Positions 9,417 through 19,508 are shown, counted from the stretch's first letter. The stretch: DNA of 64,000 nucleotides from Bacillota bacterium (GCA_050949165.1 JBMNFF010000001.1:1622-65621), one strand, 5' to 3'. Numbers and translations: made by a program. Notes: generated by a model from the sequence alone, not told the origin.

Positions 9417-10278
9417 CGGTTATTACCCCATTTCCTTTTTGAATGTGCGTCTTGGCAATCTGGGCCAGGGACTTTTCATACTGGGTGTTCAGATAGCCGG
9501 TGTAGAGGAAGTCGATGATGTTGAGCTGGGATATCCGGGAAGACATGGCGCCGCTGCGGACGATGCCTTCGGTGGCCGAGACATAGAGGTGGAGATCGCT
9601 GTGCTCTGTTACCGGCGAACGGCCGTACCGGGTGATGGAGATTATTTTGACATTGTTGGCCCGCATGGCCTTGGCGCATTCCACCATCTCCCGGGTCTGG
9701 CCGGAATAGGAGAGGATTATGCCCACATCTCCTTCCCGCATATTGCGGGCGGTGAGCAGCTGGGTATGCCAGTCGTCGCTGACGGAGCAGCGCTTGTTCA
9801 GGCGCATAAACTTCAACTGGGCGTCCTTGGCCACCAGGAGGGAGGAGCCGATGCCGAAGAGGGCGACGTGGTCACAGGCATAGAGGAGCTGGATACATTG
9901 ATTGAGGACGGCATAATCCACCAGGTCCTTGGTGGCTTCCAGGGCAAGCATGTTCCTGTACGTTATTTTGTCGACGATCTCTTCCAGGCTGTCGGCAGGG
10001 CTTACTTCCTTCTGGGCCTCCAGACGGGTATTCTCCCGCATGGCCAGCTCGTAGATCAGGGCCTTGTTAAAGTCCCTGTACCCCTCAAAGCCGTTCTTCT
10101 TGCAGAGGCGGATGATGGAGGCCGGGGAAGAAAAGGCCTGTTCAGCCAGTTGGTGCACCGACATGGTGGCTGCTTCCTGGGGATGGTCCAGGATGAATTG
10201 AATTATCGCCCTTTCGGTGGTGCTGGCCCGTTCCAGGTACTCCCGCAGGCGCACACTGACAATTTTCATGGCAATCAC
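9409..10278 (-). CDS. murR: RpiR/MurR-family transcriptional regulator (HTH_6 + SIS)
   Basis: N-terminal HTH_6 and C-terminal SIS domains. First gene of the MurNAc operon. Confidence 0.8.
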   Translation of the reverse strand: MIAMKIVSVRLREYLERASTTERAIIQFILDHPQEAATMSVHQLAEQAFSSPASIIRLCKKNGFEGYRDFNKALIYELAMRENTRLEAQKEVSPADSLEEIVDKITYRNMLALEATKDLVDYAVLNQCIQLLYACDHVALFGIGSSLLVAKDAQLKFMRLNKRCSVSDDWHTQLLTARNMREGDVGIILSYSGQTREMVECAKAMRANNVKIISITRYGRSPVTEHSDLHLYVSATEGIVRSGAMSSRISQLNIIDFLYTGYLNTQYEKSLAQIAKTHIQKGNGVITDA

Positions 10279-10397
10279 CCTTATAATTTGAATGATACCG
10301 GTTTGAACTTATGTGTCAATAAATCTATCCGGTTATGAAATATTGTTTCACAAACTTGATATTTTGCAAGCATTTTTAGCCTTTGGGTGAAATTGGC

Positions 10398-10424
10398 AAA
10401 AAAACTGACCACTTCAGTGGTCAG
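10398..10424 (-). terminator. Intrinsic terminator of lysA (CTGACCACT-GAAGTGGTCAG followed by T7 on the minus strand)
   Basis: Hairpin plus T-run seen in the sequence; it overlaps the lysA stop codon. Confidence 0.6.
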
Positions 10425-11766
10425 TTGGGGTTGGCGCCGCGGGCTCGCCCTGCGCCGCCTTTCTCAGCATATGGGGAGGAATGAAGTCGCGCCTGACCAG
10501 GTCCGCATAATTTTCCCTGGCCACTACCAGTTCGGCCCGGCCGGCGTTGACAAAGACTGCGGCGGGGCGGGCAAAGTGATTGTAATTGCTGGCCAGGGAA
10601 TGGTGGTAGGCGCCGGTGGCCAGCATGGCCAGGATATCGCCGCGTCGGAGCGCAGGCAGTTCGACATCCCGAATCAGGATATCTCCCGACTCGCAGGCCT
10701 TGCCGGCTATGGTTACCAGTTTCCGGGCAGGCTCCAGGGCCCGATTGGCCACGACGAAGGTGTAGCGGGCTCCGTAGAGGGCCGGGCGGGGATCCGACAT
10801 CATGCCGCCATCCACCGCCACGTACTTGCGCACCCCCGGCACCACCTTGCAGCAACCCACCTGGAACAGGGTGGTCCCCGCCGGGCCCACGATGGACCGG
10901 CCCGGTTCGATCAGCAGCCGGGGCAGGGGGAGGCCGTATCTTGCCGCTTCGGCCTTCACCGTCCCGGTCAGCGCCCGCACATAATCTTCTATGGCCGGGG
11001 GCGAGTCTTCCCGCCGATAGCGGATGCCCAGGCCGCCGCCCAGGTCCAGCTCGGCCAGGGTCAGGCCCTGCTCCCGGCGGATCTTCGCCATCAGGCCCAC
11101 CATAACCTCTGCCGCCCTGCGAAAGGGGGCGAGGGAGAGGATCTGAGAACCGATATGACAGTGCAGGCCCCGCAGGTTTAAGCCCGGCAGCTTGACGGCC
11201 CGGGCGACGGCTTTTTGTACCTGGGTGTCCAGGCCGAAGCCAAATTTGGAATCGGCTTGCCCCGTCTGGATATAGGCATGGGTGGTGGGGGCGACAGCGG
11301 GGTTGACCCGCAGGTAGATATTCGCTTCCAGGCTCCGGGCGGCGGCAATCCGGCTCAGGAGGGCCAGCTCCGAAAAGCTGTCCACCACCAGGCGGCCCAC
11401 CCCGGCCCGCAATGCCAGGTCGATTTCCGCTTCGGATTTGTTGTTGCCGTGAAAGATAATCCTTTCCGCCGGAAACCCGGTCTGGAGGGCGGTGTAGATT
11501 TCTCCCCCCGAGACGGTATCCAGGCTCAGACCCTCTTCTTCCACCAGGCGGCAGATGGCGCTGGTCATAAAGGCTTTTCCCGCATAGGCCACCCGGGAGT
11601 CGGGGTAGCATTGGGCCAGGGCCTCCCGGTAGCGGGCGCAGTTCTGGCGGATCAGACTTTCATCCAGCACATAGAGGGGAGTGCCGAACCTCCGGGCGAG
11701 CTCCACTGTATCGCAGCCGCCCAGCTGCAAATGACCTCTTTCGTTGACTTCCAGTCCATTTATCAT
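10414..11766 (-). CDS. lysA: Diaminopimelate decarboxylase
   Basis: 450 aa with the PLP fold-III decarboxylase motifs (..YAGKAF.., GGGLGI, EPGRSIV.., CESGD). GGAGG precedes the ATG. Confidence 0.92.
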   Translation of the reverse strand: MINGLEVNERGHLQLGGCDTVELARRFGTPLYVLDESLIRQNCARYREALAQCYPDSRVAYAGKAFMTSAICRLVEEEGLSLDTVSGGEIYTALQTGFPAERIIFHGNNKSEAEIDLALRAGVGRLVVDSFSELALLSRIAAARSLEANIYLRVNPAVAPTTHAYIQTGQADSKFGFGLDTQVQKAVARAVKLPGLNLRGLHCHIGSQILSLAPFRRAAEVMVGLMAKIRREQGLTLAELDLGGGLGIRYRREDSPPAIEDYVRALTGTVKAEAARYGLPLPRLLIEPGRSIVGPAGTTLFQVGCCKVVPGVRKYVAVDGGMMSDPRPALYGARYTFVVANRALEPARKLVTIAGKACESGDILIRDVELPALRRGDILAMLATGAYHHSLASNYNHFARPAAVFVNAGRAELVVARENYADLVRRDFIPPHMLRKAAQGEPAAPTPTDH

Positions 11767-11867
11767 TTTTTATCCTCCACTTCCTTGGCGGAGCAATGGG
11801 AAGGCCGGAAAATAAAAGAGCGCCCGACGAAAGTCCGACGCAAAAAGGCAAAGACCCTCCTCATGCC

Positions 11868-12048
11868 CCCGATGAGATAGCTCTCCACACCGGCCCTGGG
11901 CACTGCCGGTGTGACAGCCCTGCACCTCTTCGGTGCAAGTCCAGCAGCGGACTTAGGTATCCGCCACTTCGGCGAAGGCTCCTTTCCCTGAGGTTCGCTG
12001 GCTTCCGGCCTCCCCCCAGGTACTCTTAGACTTCGCGCCTCTACCCCA
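11868..12048 (-). promoter_or_regulatory. Lysine riboswitch (L-box) in the lysA 5' leader
   Basis: The minus-strand RNA reads GGUAGAGGCGCGAAGUCUAAGAGUA...GGAGCCUUCGCCGAAG...GGCUGUCA...UGGAGAGCUAUCUCAUCG. All conserved L-box blocks are present, in the same order as the B. subtilis lysC leader. Confidence 0.75.
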
Positions 12049-12117
12049 CCCTGGTGTGAGTGAGGTGTGCTATGTTGTTTTACTTTTTTAAACTACCACC
12101 GGCAGGAAAAGTTGTCA

Positions 12118-12513
12118 ATGGAAAGTGCAGGATTTCCCCGGCTTGACCTGGAATACAGGTGGGAGTATACTTTCGGGCAAGGAGTGATTGGCTTGACAGA
12201 AACGGAACTGCGCTGTGAAAAATGCGGCGAGGCCATAGTTTTTCGCAAAGACCTGGTGGTGACCAATCGGATGTTCACCAGGTTTTCCACCTTTCACCGG
12301 GACTGCTTCCAGCAGGCTTTTCGCAAGGGGGAATATGTCGGCCGACCCGCCAATACCCTGACCGCCACCATCGCCCTGGCGATAATCCTGCTGGCAGCCC
12401 TGCTCTTTTATTTCAAAACCCGGGACAGTTTGGTGCTCCTGGTCCTGATCTTCAGCCCCCTCTACCGGCTCTGGATCTGGTTTAATTTTGAGAGGAAGGT
12501 TGGCAATAAGTAA
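12118..12513 (+). CDS. Hypothetical small protein with a CxxC (CEKCGEAIVF) zinc-ribbon-like motif and a C-terminal TM helix
   Basis: ORF only. The start is uncertain; a TTG at about 12196 with AAGGAG is an alternative. Confidence 0.35.
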   Translation: MESAGFPRLDLEYRWEYTFGQGVIGLTETELRCEKCGEAIVFRKDLVVTNRMFTRFSTFHRDCFQQAFRKGEYVGRPANTLTATIALAIILLAALLFYFKTRDSLVLLVLIFSPLYRLWIWFNFERKVGNK

Positions 12514-12545
12514 ATCCGGTTTGACGCCGGATTTATTTTTTTCCG
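12514..12545 (+). terminator. Rho-independent terminator AAATCCGG-TTTGACG-CCGGATTT followed by T7
   Basis: Seen directly in the sequence. Confidence 0.6.
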
Positions 12546-12656
12546 CCTGCTGCCAAGGACCGGGAAGACAGCAATAAATGGAAAGAAGCCGGCGGTCCCA
12601 ACTGGTAAAGTATGGATTAAGCAATGAGCTTTAACTAATTCATAGGAGTGGTCATA

Positions 12657-14291
12657 ATGGGCAGGAAGATTTTGGCGGTTACGGTTATTATTGCGGTCCT
12701 CTGTACACCGGGCTGTAAGATTCGCCTGAAAACCGGTGGCGGGGGCTATAAGGTCGGCGATTTTGTCGAGGTCCAGGAGAATGGAGAATGGTGGAATGCA
12801 GAAATCCTGGAATTGGACGGAGACCGGTACCATGTCTCCCTGAAGGGCTTCGACCAGTACAGCCGGTGGGTGGAGGCGGAGGATATTCGCCCCAAGGAAA
12901 TCCCCCTGCCGGTGGATCAGGAGGCTCCATATAAAATCGGCGATGCCGTCGCCATCGATTGGGGCGGAGAGTATTGGCCGGCGGAAATTCTCCATGTCGC
13001 TCAGGCAGAGTTCTACCTCATCAGCTACCCGGAAGTGGATTACGATTGGGCTGATGAGTGGCTGCCGGAGTACAGGCTAAAGGATAAAAAGGGATTAACG
13101 GAAGGAAGCAGGGTGGAGGTATGGTGGAACGATGCCTGGTGGCCCGGCGAGGTGGTCGAGGTCAGAAACGAGCGCCTTTACCTGGTAAACTACTGGGAGG
13201 AAAGCAGCCTCACAGAAGAGTGGCTGGAGGAGTGGCAGATCTACGGATACGCCCATGAGATTCCCCAAGAAGATCCCGAAGAGCCCCAGGACCCGGAAGA
13301 CCCTGAGGACCCCGGAGATGTGGGCAATATTCCCGATAACCTGGAATTCCCCGAAGGCTTCGATGCCGTCCTGCGCCGGGGCGAGGATACCCGGGCCGAG
13401 GGCTTGCTCTACTATACCCAGCACCGGGAGGGAAGCTGTTGCTACTACTTTGGCAACAGCATGGACGATATAACCCACGTGGTGGTGGAGGACAATGGAC
13501 AGTTCCTGGGCGCCATCATCTACGATGAGAATTTATACCCCGTGCACTGGCTGTTTGAGGAAGTGACCATGGCGGCCATGTGGAGCGAAGAGGAACCCTT
13601 TGCTCCGGAAAATGCCCTGATCAAGCTGGTCTTTGACGAGGATCAGCTGGACATGACCCTGGACATCAGCATGGATGTGCTGACCAAGGATCTGCTGGCC
13701 AAATTGCCCGGGCTCTATGGCGAAGAGTTCGGGGAAGTGGTCCCCGACCTCCTGGCCAAACTGGAGGCCATGGGCTGGAGCGAGCTGTCGGTGGCTCAGG
13801 CTGCGGAGCAGGCGGCCACTCCCCATGAGCTGGCCATGGCCTCCATGCTGACCACGGCCAGCGTCGTCACCACCATAGTCGAAAGCCTGCAAGCCGGGTC
13901 CAGCGCCGGCCTGGGTTCCGGCCTTGCCGGCAGGCAGGCCGGCGGCGCCATCCGCACCCTGTCCCTGTGGGGGGATTTGGGCGACGCCGCCGTCAAATCC
14001 ATGCTTCCCCCTGCGGCGGGCATGCTCTGGACAATTCTCCGCCACCTGCGGGGCCTGGCCGATGGCGCTTACGACGGCGCCGGTATCGCCGGTCCGACGG
14101 TGGGCATGCTGCTCTGTCGGGGCGCCTCCACGGTACCCAACTACTGCAACCACTTTTATCTCTACCACACCAATAAGAATCTGGGGCGCTGCGTGGCCAT
14201 GTGCGTCGCCACCCTGGGCTGTTTTACCGATATCTGCATGCCGGTGACCCTGTCGGTGGAAGAGGCCAACGGGTTCAGAACAGTGCGCTGA
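12657..14291 (+). CDS. Lipoprotein with three tandem Agenet/Tudor-like repeats, an acidic Pro/Glu/Asp linker and a Cys-rich C-terminal domain
   Basis: Lipobox LCTPGC. Repeats VGDFVEVQENGEWWNAEIL.., IGDAVAIDWGGEYWPAEIL.. and SRVEVWWNDAWWPGEVVEV..YLVNY. The C-terminus reads NYCNHFYLYHT..GRCVAMCVATLGCFTDICMP. AGGAG precedes the ATG at 12657. Confidence 0.7.
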   Translation: MGRKILAVTVIIAVLCTPGCKIRLKTGGGGYKVGDFVEVQENGEWWNAEILELDGDRYHVSLKGFDQYSRWVEAEDIRPKEIPLPVDQEAPYKIGDAVAIDWGGEYWPAEILHVAQAEFYLISYPEVDYDWADEWLPEYRLKDKKGLTEGSRVEVWWNDAWWPGEVVEVRNERLYLVNYWEESSLTEEWLEEWQIYGYAHEIPQEDPEEPQDPEDPEDPGDVGNIPDNLEFPEGFDAVLRRGEDTRAEGLLYYTQHREGSCCYYFGNSMDDITHVVVEDNGQFLGAIIYDENLYPVHWLFEEVTMAAMWSEEEPFAPENALIKLVFDEDQLDMTLDISMDVLTKDLLAKLPGLYGEEFGEVVPDLLAKLEAMGWSELSVAQAAEQAATPHELAMASMLTTASVVTTIVESLQAGSSAGLGSGLAGRQAGGAIRTLSLWGDLGDAAVKSMLPPAAGMLWTILRHLRGLADGAYDGAGIAGPTVGMLLCRGASTVPNYCNHFYLYHTNKNLGRCVAMCVATLGCFTDICMPVTLSVEEANGFRTVR

Positions 14292-14294
14292 GCC

Positions 14295-15503
14295 ATGCGG
14301 ACCGCGCTTGCGCTGCTTGGACTGTTCCTGATCCTCTTGCCCGCCGGCGCCGGCGCAGTTGAGGAGGATGTCCTCTGGTTCTTCTGGGGCGAGGGCTGCC
14401 CGGCCTGCCGGGAGGCCCTGACCTGGCTGGATGGGCTGGCCCGGAAATTCCCGGAGCTCACCATCCACCGGGGCGAAGTCTGGCAGGACCCGGAGCAGCG
14501 GGACCTTTACTTGAGCTTGCTGGCGGAAAGGGAGGTGGAGTCCTCCTGGGTCCCAGGCTTTATCCTGGATGCTTCCGTCTGGCAGGGCTTTAACGGTGAA
14601 ATTGCCCGGGAAATCGAGGCGGAGCTGGCGGCTCGCTTTCCCGGCACTCTCCGGCGGCCCCGGCGGGCTCCGCCGCCCGGGCCGGCGAAGGGCGGCTGGG
14701 GGCGGATGCCCCTGCTGGCAGCCACCGTCCTCATCGCCCTGGCCGACGGCTTTAATCCCTGCGCCCTCTGGGTGTTGACTATCCTCCTGGCCATGGTGCT
14801 CCACTGCCGCTCCCGGGGCAAGACCGCCGCTGTGGGGGTGACTTTTTTGGTGGTGTCCGGGGCCGTCTACGGGCTGTTTGTCGCCGGCGTCTTTGCCGTC
14901 CTCAGCCTGGCCGGGTCCCTGGTCTGGATTCGCTGGGCGGTGGCCATCCTGGCCCTGGTCATGGCCGCCCTCAATATCGCCGATTTCTTCCGCGGCCAGG
15001 GGGACTTCACCCTGGCCATTCCCCCGGCTGGCAAACCCGGGATAATCCGGAGGGGGAGGGAGTTGAGCAAAGACCGCCCCCTCCCGCTGGTGCTGGCCAT
15101 GACCGCCGTCTTTGCCGCCGGGGTGACTCTGCTGGAACTGCCTTGCACCGCTGGATTTCCCGTGGTCTGGACCAAGCTGGCAGCCGAGGCGGGGGTGGAG
15201 GGTCCTGCCTTTTGGGCCTTGCTGCTCCTCTATATACTGAGCTTCCTGGTCATGGAGGGGGTGGTGGTGGGCGTCGCCGTCCTCAGCCAGAGAGTGTTCC
15301 GGCTCCAGGAGCGCCATGGCCGCGATCTGAAACTGGTGGGGGGGATGATCTTGTTGACCACCGCCGGCGCCCTCCTGATCAAGCCGGCGATAATGGAGGG
15401 GCTGACTGGGGCCCTGCTGGTCCTGACTGCCGCCTTGCTGGCTGCAGGCGCCATCGGCCTTCGCCGCCTGCGGGCACGCTCCGGCGGCAGTATCCAGGGC
15501 TAG
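14295..15503 (+). CDS. Secreted thioredoxin-like domain (WGEGCPAC) fused to a CcdA/DsbD-type thiol-disulfide transmembrane domain
   Basis: Signal peptide, a CxxC thioredoxin fold, then the DsbD-beta/CcdA motifs DGFNPCALWVL and LPCTAGFP. The start lies 4 nt after the upstream stop. Confidence 0.8.
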   Translation: MRTALALLGLFLILLPAGAGAVEEDVLWFFWGEGCPACREALTWLDGLARKFPELTIHRGEVWQDPEQRDLYLSLLAEREVESSWVPGFILDASVWQGFNGEIAREIEAELAARFPGTLRRPRRAPPPGPAKGGWGRMPLLAATVLIALADGFNPCALWVLTILLAMVLHCRSRGKTAAVGVTFLVVSGAVYGLFVAGVFAVLSLAGSLVWIRWAVAILALVMAALNIADFFRGQGDFTLAIPPAGKPGIIRRGRELSKDRPLPLVLAMTAVFAAGVTLLELPCTAGFPVVWTKLAAEAGVEGPAFWALLLLYILSFLVMEGVVVGVAVLSQRVFRLQERHGRDLKLVGGMILLTTAGALLIKPAIMEGLTGALLVLTAALLAAGAIGLRRLRARSGGSIQG

Positions 15504-15627
15504 CATTCCGACCGGAAACAATTGGAAACGCAGTTTTATTTGCCAATAACTGTGTTGCCAAATATACTGGAATAGACTATTCTTTAATCCAGAGCGTCTA
15601 ATTCTTTTTGCAGCCCGGAGTGATAAC

Positions 15628-17581
15628 ATGAAGCAAAAAAAATTGAAGAACTACTCTCTCTTTTTCTACATCTCCGCCTCCGTATTTTTCATGGAGACTA
15701 TCCTCAGGATTGCCACGGTAGGCGGCAGTTTCTTTTCCCTGGGGGTGCTCATTTCCCTGCTCTTTTCCCTGGGAGCGGCAACCCTCTTCTTTATCATCTG
15801 CACATTTTTCCCGCCGGCCACCAATAGGCGCCTGGCTCTGGCCCTGCTCATCCTCATGGCCACCCTCTTCGGCTCCCAGCTGGTCTACTACGGCATCTTT
15901 ACCACCTTCTACACCGTGTACTCAGCCGGTCAGGCTGGCCAGGTCTTTCAATTCTGGCGGGAGGCGGTGGCTGGCATCGCTGCCAAGCCCATTCCCGTCG
16001 CCGCGCTCTTCCTGCCCGCCATCGCCCTGGGCCTCTTTGGCAAGAGGTTTTTCGCCTTCCCTAGCTTGCGCTGGTCGCGGCGGGGAATCCTGGCGGGGTT
16101 AATCCTGCTCTCCTACGGGTCCGGTCTGGCTGTGGTCCATGCCGGCGGGCGGGGACAAGCTTCGCCCTATGCACTCTATTATGATCGCGCTGTACCGGTG
16201 CAATCGGTGGCCAAGCTGGGGCTTCTCACCACCATGCGCCTGGATATCCAGCGCCAGCTGTCGGGCTGGACCCCCACCGTGGTTCTGCCGCCCCTTGAGG
16301 AAGCCCCGGTCTGGAGTCCTCCCGAACCCGAGGAAGAGCAGGTGGAGTACAATGTCCTGAACATCGACTTCGATTCCCTGCTCAGCGGCGAGGAGGATGA
16401 AACCCTGCGGGAAATGCACCGCTACTTTGCCGGCCTCAAACCCACGGAAAAGAACGAGTTCACCGGCAAGTACCAAGGCTATAACCTCATCCTCATCACC
16501 GCCGAGGGCTTTTCCCATCTGGCGGTGCGCCCCGATGTGACCCCCACTTTGTACAAGCTCTACCAGGAAGGGTATAAATTTACCAATTTCTACACACCCC
16601 TCTGGGGCGTCAGCACCTCCGACGGCGAGTACGTGGCCTGCACCGGCCTCATCCCCAAGACCGGGATCTGGAGCTTTAAGCGTTCCGCCCAGAACTCTCT
16701 GCCCCTGGTCATGGGCAATCAACTGAAGAAACTGGGCTACCAGACTGTGGCCTATCACAACCACTCGTACAAATATTACGGCCGGGACTCTCTCCCATCC
16801 CAATATGGGCTACGCGTACAAGGGCATCGGCAATGGCCTGGAGATCTCCAAGGCCTGGCCCCGCTCCGACCTGGAGATGATGGAGAAGTCCATCCCAGAA
16901 TACATCGGCGACCACCAGTTCCACGCCTATTACATGACCGTCAGCGGTCATCTCAACTACAATTTTTCCGGCAACAATATGGCCGCCAAGAACAGGAAGC
17001 ACGTCCAGGACCTGCCTTATTCCAAGACGGCCCAGGCCTACCTGGCAACCCAGATCGAATTTGACCGGGCCATGGAATACCTGCTGGGGGAATTGGAGAA
17101 GGCCGGCGTCGCCGACAGGACCCTGATCGCCATCAGCGCCGACCACTATCCCTACGGACTGGAGCGGTCGGCCATTGAAGAGCTGGCGGGGGAAAAGGTG
17201 GATAATAATTTCGACCTGTATCGCAACTCCTTCCTCCTCTGGACCAAGGGCATGGAGCCGGTGACCATCGACGAGCCCTGCTCCAGCCTGGATATAATCC
17301 CCACCCTTTCCAACCTCCTGGGCCTGGACTACGATTCTCGCCTCCTCATGGGCCGGGACATCCACTCCCAGGCCGATCCCCTGGTGATCTTTGCCGACGG
17401 CAGCTTCATCACCGACAAGGGCCGTTACGATGCCAATGCCGAAAGATTCGAACCCAATCCCGGGGTCAGCGTCGAGGAAGGCTATGTAGAATCCATCTGC
17501 AATATTGTGGCCTGCAAGACCTATTTCTCCGCCATGATCCTGGATACAGACTATTACGCCAAGGTCTTGCCCGATTGGTAA
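15628..17581 (+). pseudogene. LtaS-family sulfatase/phosphoglycerol transferase (LTA-synthase-like), interrupted by a +1 frameshift near 16789
   Basis: Five N-terminal TM helices plus an extracellular sulfatase domain. ORF 15628..17064 and ORF 16805..17581 join as ...YKYYGRD|LSHPNMGYAYKG... by skipping one base in the 'gactctctcc' run. Confidence 0.7.
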
Positions 17582-17596
17582 AGCATATCCGAAAAA

Positions 17597-17634
17597 GCAA
17601 GGGGTTGTCTCCGGCGGGAGACAACCCCTTTGGT
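17597..17634. terminator. Bidirectional terminator AAGGGGTTGTCTCC-GGCG-GGAGACAACCCCTT between convergent genes
   Basis: A perfect 14-bp stem flanked by A and T runs. Confidence 0.65.
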
Positions 17635-19506
17635 TTAGCGCCGATACCTGGGAATGTCGAACTTGAGGCTGTAGATATTGACCTGCTGGTAGAGTTGCCG
17701 GATAAAGCCGGTCTGCTTGCTGGCCCAGCCGATGTCGGTGGCGTACTGGTGCAGGCCAGGCCTGCCCGGATTCCAGCGAATCTTGTACAGGGTGTCCTGG
17801 CCGTAGGCGGCGTGGTTGACGTAGTTCTTGGCTACAAAGACGGCGCCGCCCCGGATGGCCGCCTCGGGGGTGAACCAGCCCTGGTTATAGGCAAATTCCG
17901 CTCCCTTGTAGAGGGGATTGGAGTCCACGGCATTGATGCCAAACATATTGTAGACCATCCGCGGTTCCAGATCGGGGTCTTCCGGGGTGAAGAGGATGCC
18001 GTTGGCCAGCTGACTGGTCCCGTTGCCGGTTTCATGCAGGGCCATGGAGGTGAGAAAGATTTCATTGATATTGTTTTCCCGGCTGGCCTGGAAGAAGACG
18101 GCTTCCATACCCAAGAGAATGCCCTTGCCGGCCAGGATTTTGCCCAGTTCCGCAGCGGTGATTCCGGAGCGCCCGGAAAGGGTTAAGAACTGGAACATCT
18201 GGGGAGTGTAGGTTTCCGTCACCCAGTCGGCGTAATTGCCGCACGCCCAGCCCTGAACATCGCCCAGGTCGATCAGGAACCAGTAGCCCAGCGAGTCGGG
18301 TGCGGTCCCCTCGGTGACTTCCACTGCTTCTGCGACGGGATAGATTTCCCCCTTGCGGACGGCGCCCACGCGGGTGCCGTGGCTGCTGGGGGTGTCCCGC
18401 AGGTTGAGAACATCTGCGGTAATGATGATTTCGGCAACGCTTTCTGCCAGGTCCCCGGGCAGGAAAGTGGAGGGGTTGACATAATGTTCCACCTCAGCCC
18501 GGGGAGCATCCTGCCAGCCCCTGCCGCTGACATGCCACTGGGGCTTACAGGTCATCTGGATGTCCACCATCTCCGCCAGCGTCAGCTGGTAGTCGGTAAA
18601 GCTGACGATAGCGTAGGAGCTGAGCACCGAAGCCACTGCCTCATCGAATCGTGTCCTCAGGGCTTCCGGAGAAGGATAGGGGGCGGCGGCATACAGGGGA
18701 GCGATAACCCGCTCCCGGCGGCTGCTGATGACCATGGTGTAGGGATTGAGATCAAGCCCCAGCTCCTGGCCGTGTTCCAAGAGCAGTTCGGCAAAGGCCT
18801 GCTGGTCGACGGCGGAATTTAGCGCCTCCAGGAGGTGGCCGATGTCCGCCAGGGCCCTTTCCACCTCCTGGGCGAAGACTGCCGCCAGCGCAATCGCATC
18901 CTGGTAGCCGCTGCCCCTCTGGGCCAGGACGCCCTGGGCCACGGCGTTCTTGCCGCCTTCAGAGAGCTGGGCGTACTCTTGCAGGGAAAGGCCCAGGATC
19001 TGGGCACGGGCTTCCAGGATCGCCCGCAGGCCGGGGGCATCGCCGGCCCCGTTCACTTCGGCCAGGGCCTGGTCCAGCGGGTCGGCCAGGACCTTTTCCC
19101 GAAATTTGAGCTGGCCCTGCTCCAGGCTGACCACCTGGACCCGGCTGATTTCTGCCGGCCTGGCCTGGGCGCCGGCGGTGTAGTCATCCAGGTCAAAGCT
19201 CTTTCCCGTCAGCAGGGCCAGGGCATAGGCGTCCAGGACGTCGGTATAGTCCACATACCCGTTGATATCGTCCCAGTAGGCGTACATATTCTTGCCGACA
19301 TAGTGGTCGAAGAGGGGGGAAGGGGAGTCCAGGAGGGAGAGGGCATAGGACTCCAGCAAATCCAGGTATCCGTATTCATAGAGTTCGCCGTCCGGCCCCT
19401 GAACCACGAAGGCGTCCATCTTGGCCTGGGCCGGGGTGGTGAGGAGCAGGAGGAGGGCTGTGACGGTCAGGGTCGCCAGGAGAAGGCGGGCAAAGATCCG
19501 CGGCAT
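17635..19506 (-). CDS. Secreted peptidoglycan hydrolase: SH3b domain plus a C-terminal GH73 N-acetylglucosaminidase (mannosyl-glycoprotein endo-beta-N-acetylglucosaminidase) domain
   Basis: Signal peptide MPRIFARLLLATLTVTALLLLLTTPAQA. SH3b region (VLNLRDTPSSHGTRVGAVRKGEIYPV). GH73 motifs FLTSMALHETGNGTSQLA and YNMFGINA. Confidence 0.8.
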   Translation of the reverse strand: MPRIFARLLLATLTVTALLLLLTTPAQAKMDAFVVQGPDGELYEYGYLDLLESYALSLLDSPSPLFDHYVGKNMYAYWDDINGYVDYTDVLDAYALALLTGKSFDLDDYTAGAQARPAEISRVQVVSLEQGQLKFREKVLADPLDQALAEVNGAGDAPGLRAILEARAQILGLSLQEYAQLSEGGKNAVAQGVLAQRGSGYQDAIALAAVFAQEVERALADIGHLLEALNSAVDQQAFAELLLEHGQELGLDLNPYTMVISSRRERVIAPLYAAAPYPSPEALRTRFDEAVASVLSSYAIVSFTDYQLTLAEMVDIQMTCKPQWHVSGRGWQDAPRAEVEHYVNPSTFLPGDLAESVAEIIITADVLNLRDTPSSHGTRVGAVRKGEIYPVAEAVEVTEGTAPDSLGYWFLIDLGDVQGWACGNYADWVTETYTPQMFQFLTLSGRSGITAAELGKILAGKGILLGMEAVFFQASRENNINEIFLTSMALHETGNGTSQLANGILFTPEDPDLEPRMVYNMFGINAVDSNPLYKGAEFAYNQGWFTPEAAIRGGAVFVAKNYVNHAAYGQDTLYKIRWNPGRPGLHQYATDIGWASKQTGFIRQLYQQVNIYSLKFDIPRYRR

Positions 19507-19508
19507 GG

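Noticed and set aside
10421-11611. 396-aa minus-strand ORF in another frame of lysA
   Set aside because: An out-of-frame shadow of the lysA gene with Arg/Pro/Gly-rich composition. lysA itself has clear decarboxylase motifs.
13533-15629. 698-aa minus-strand ORF antisense to the Agenet lipoprotein and Trx-CcdA genes
   Set aside because: It is Gly/Ala/Pro/Arg/His-rich and low-complexity, with no motifs. This is the typical shadow ORF of GC-rich coding DNA, and it is entirely covered by two well-supported plus-strand genes.
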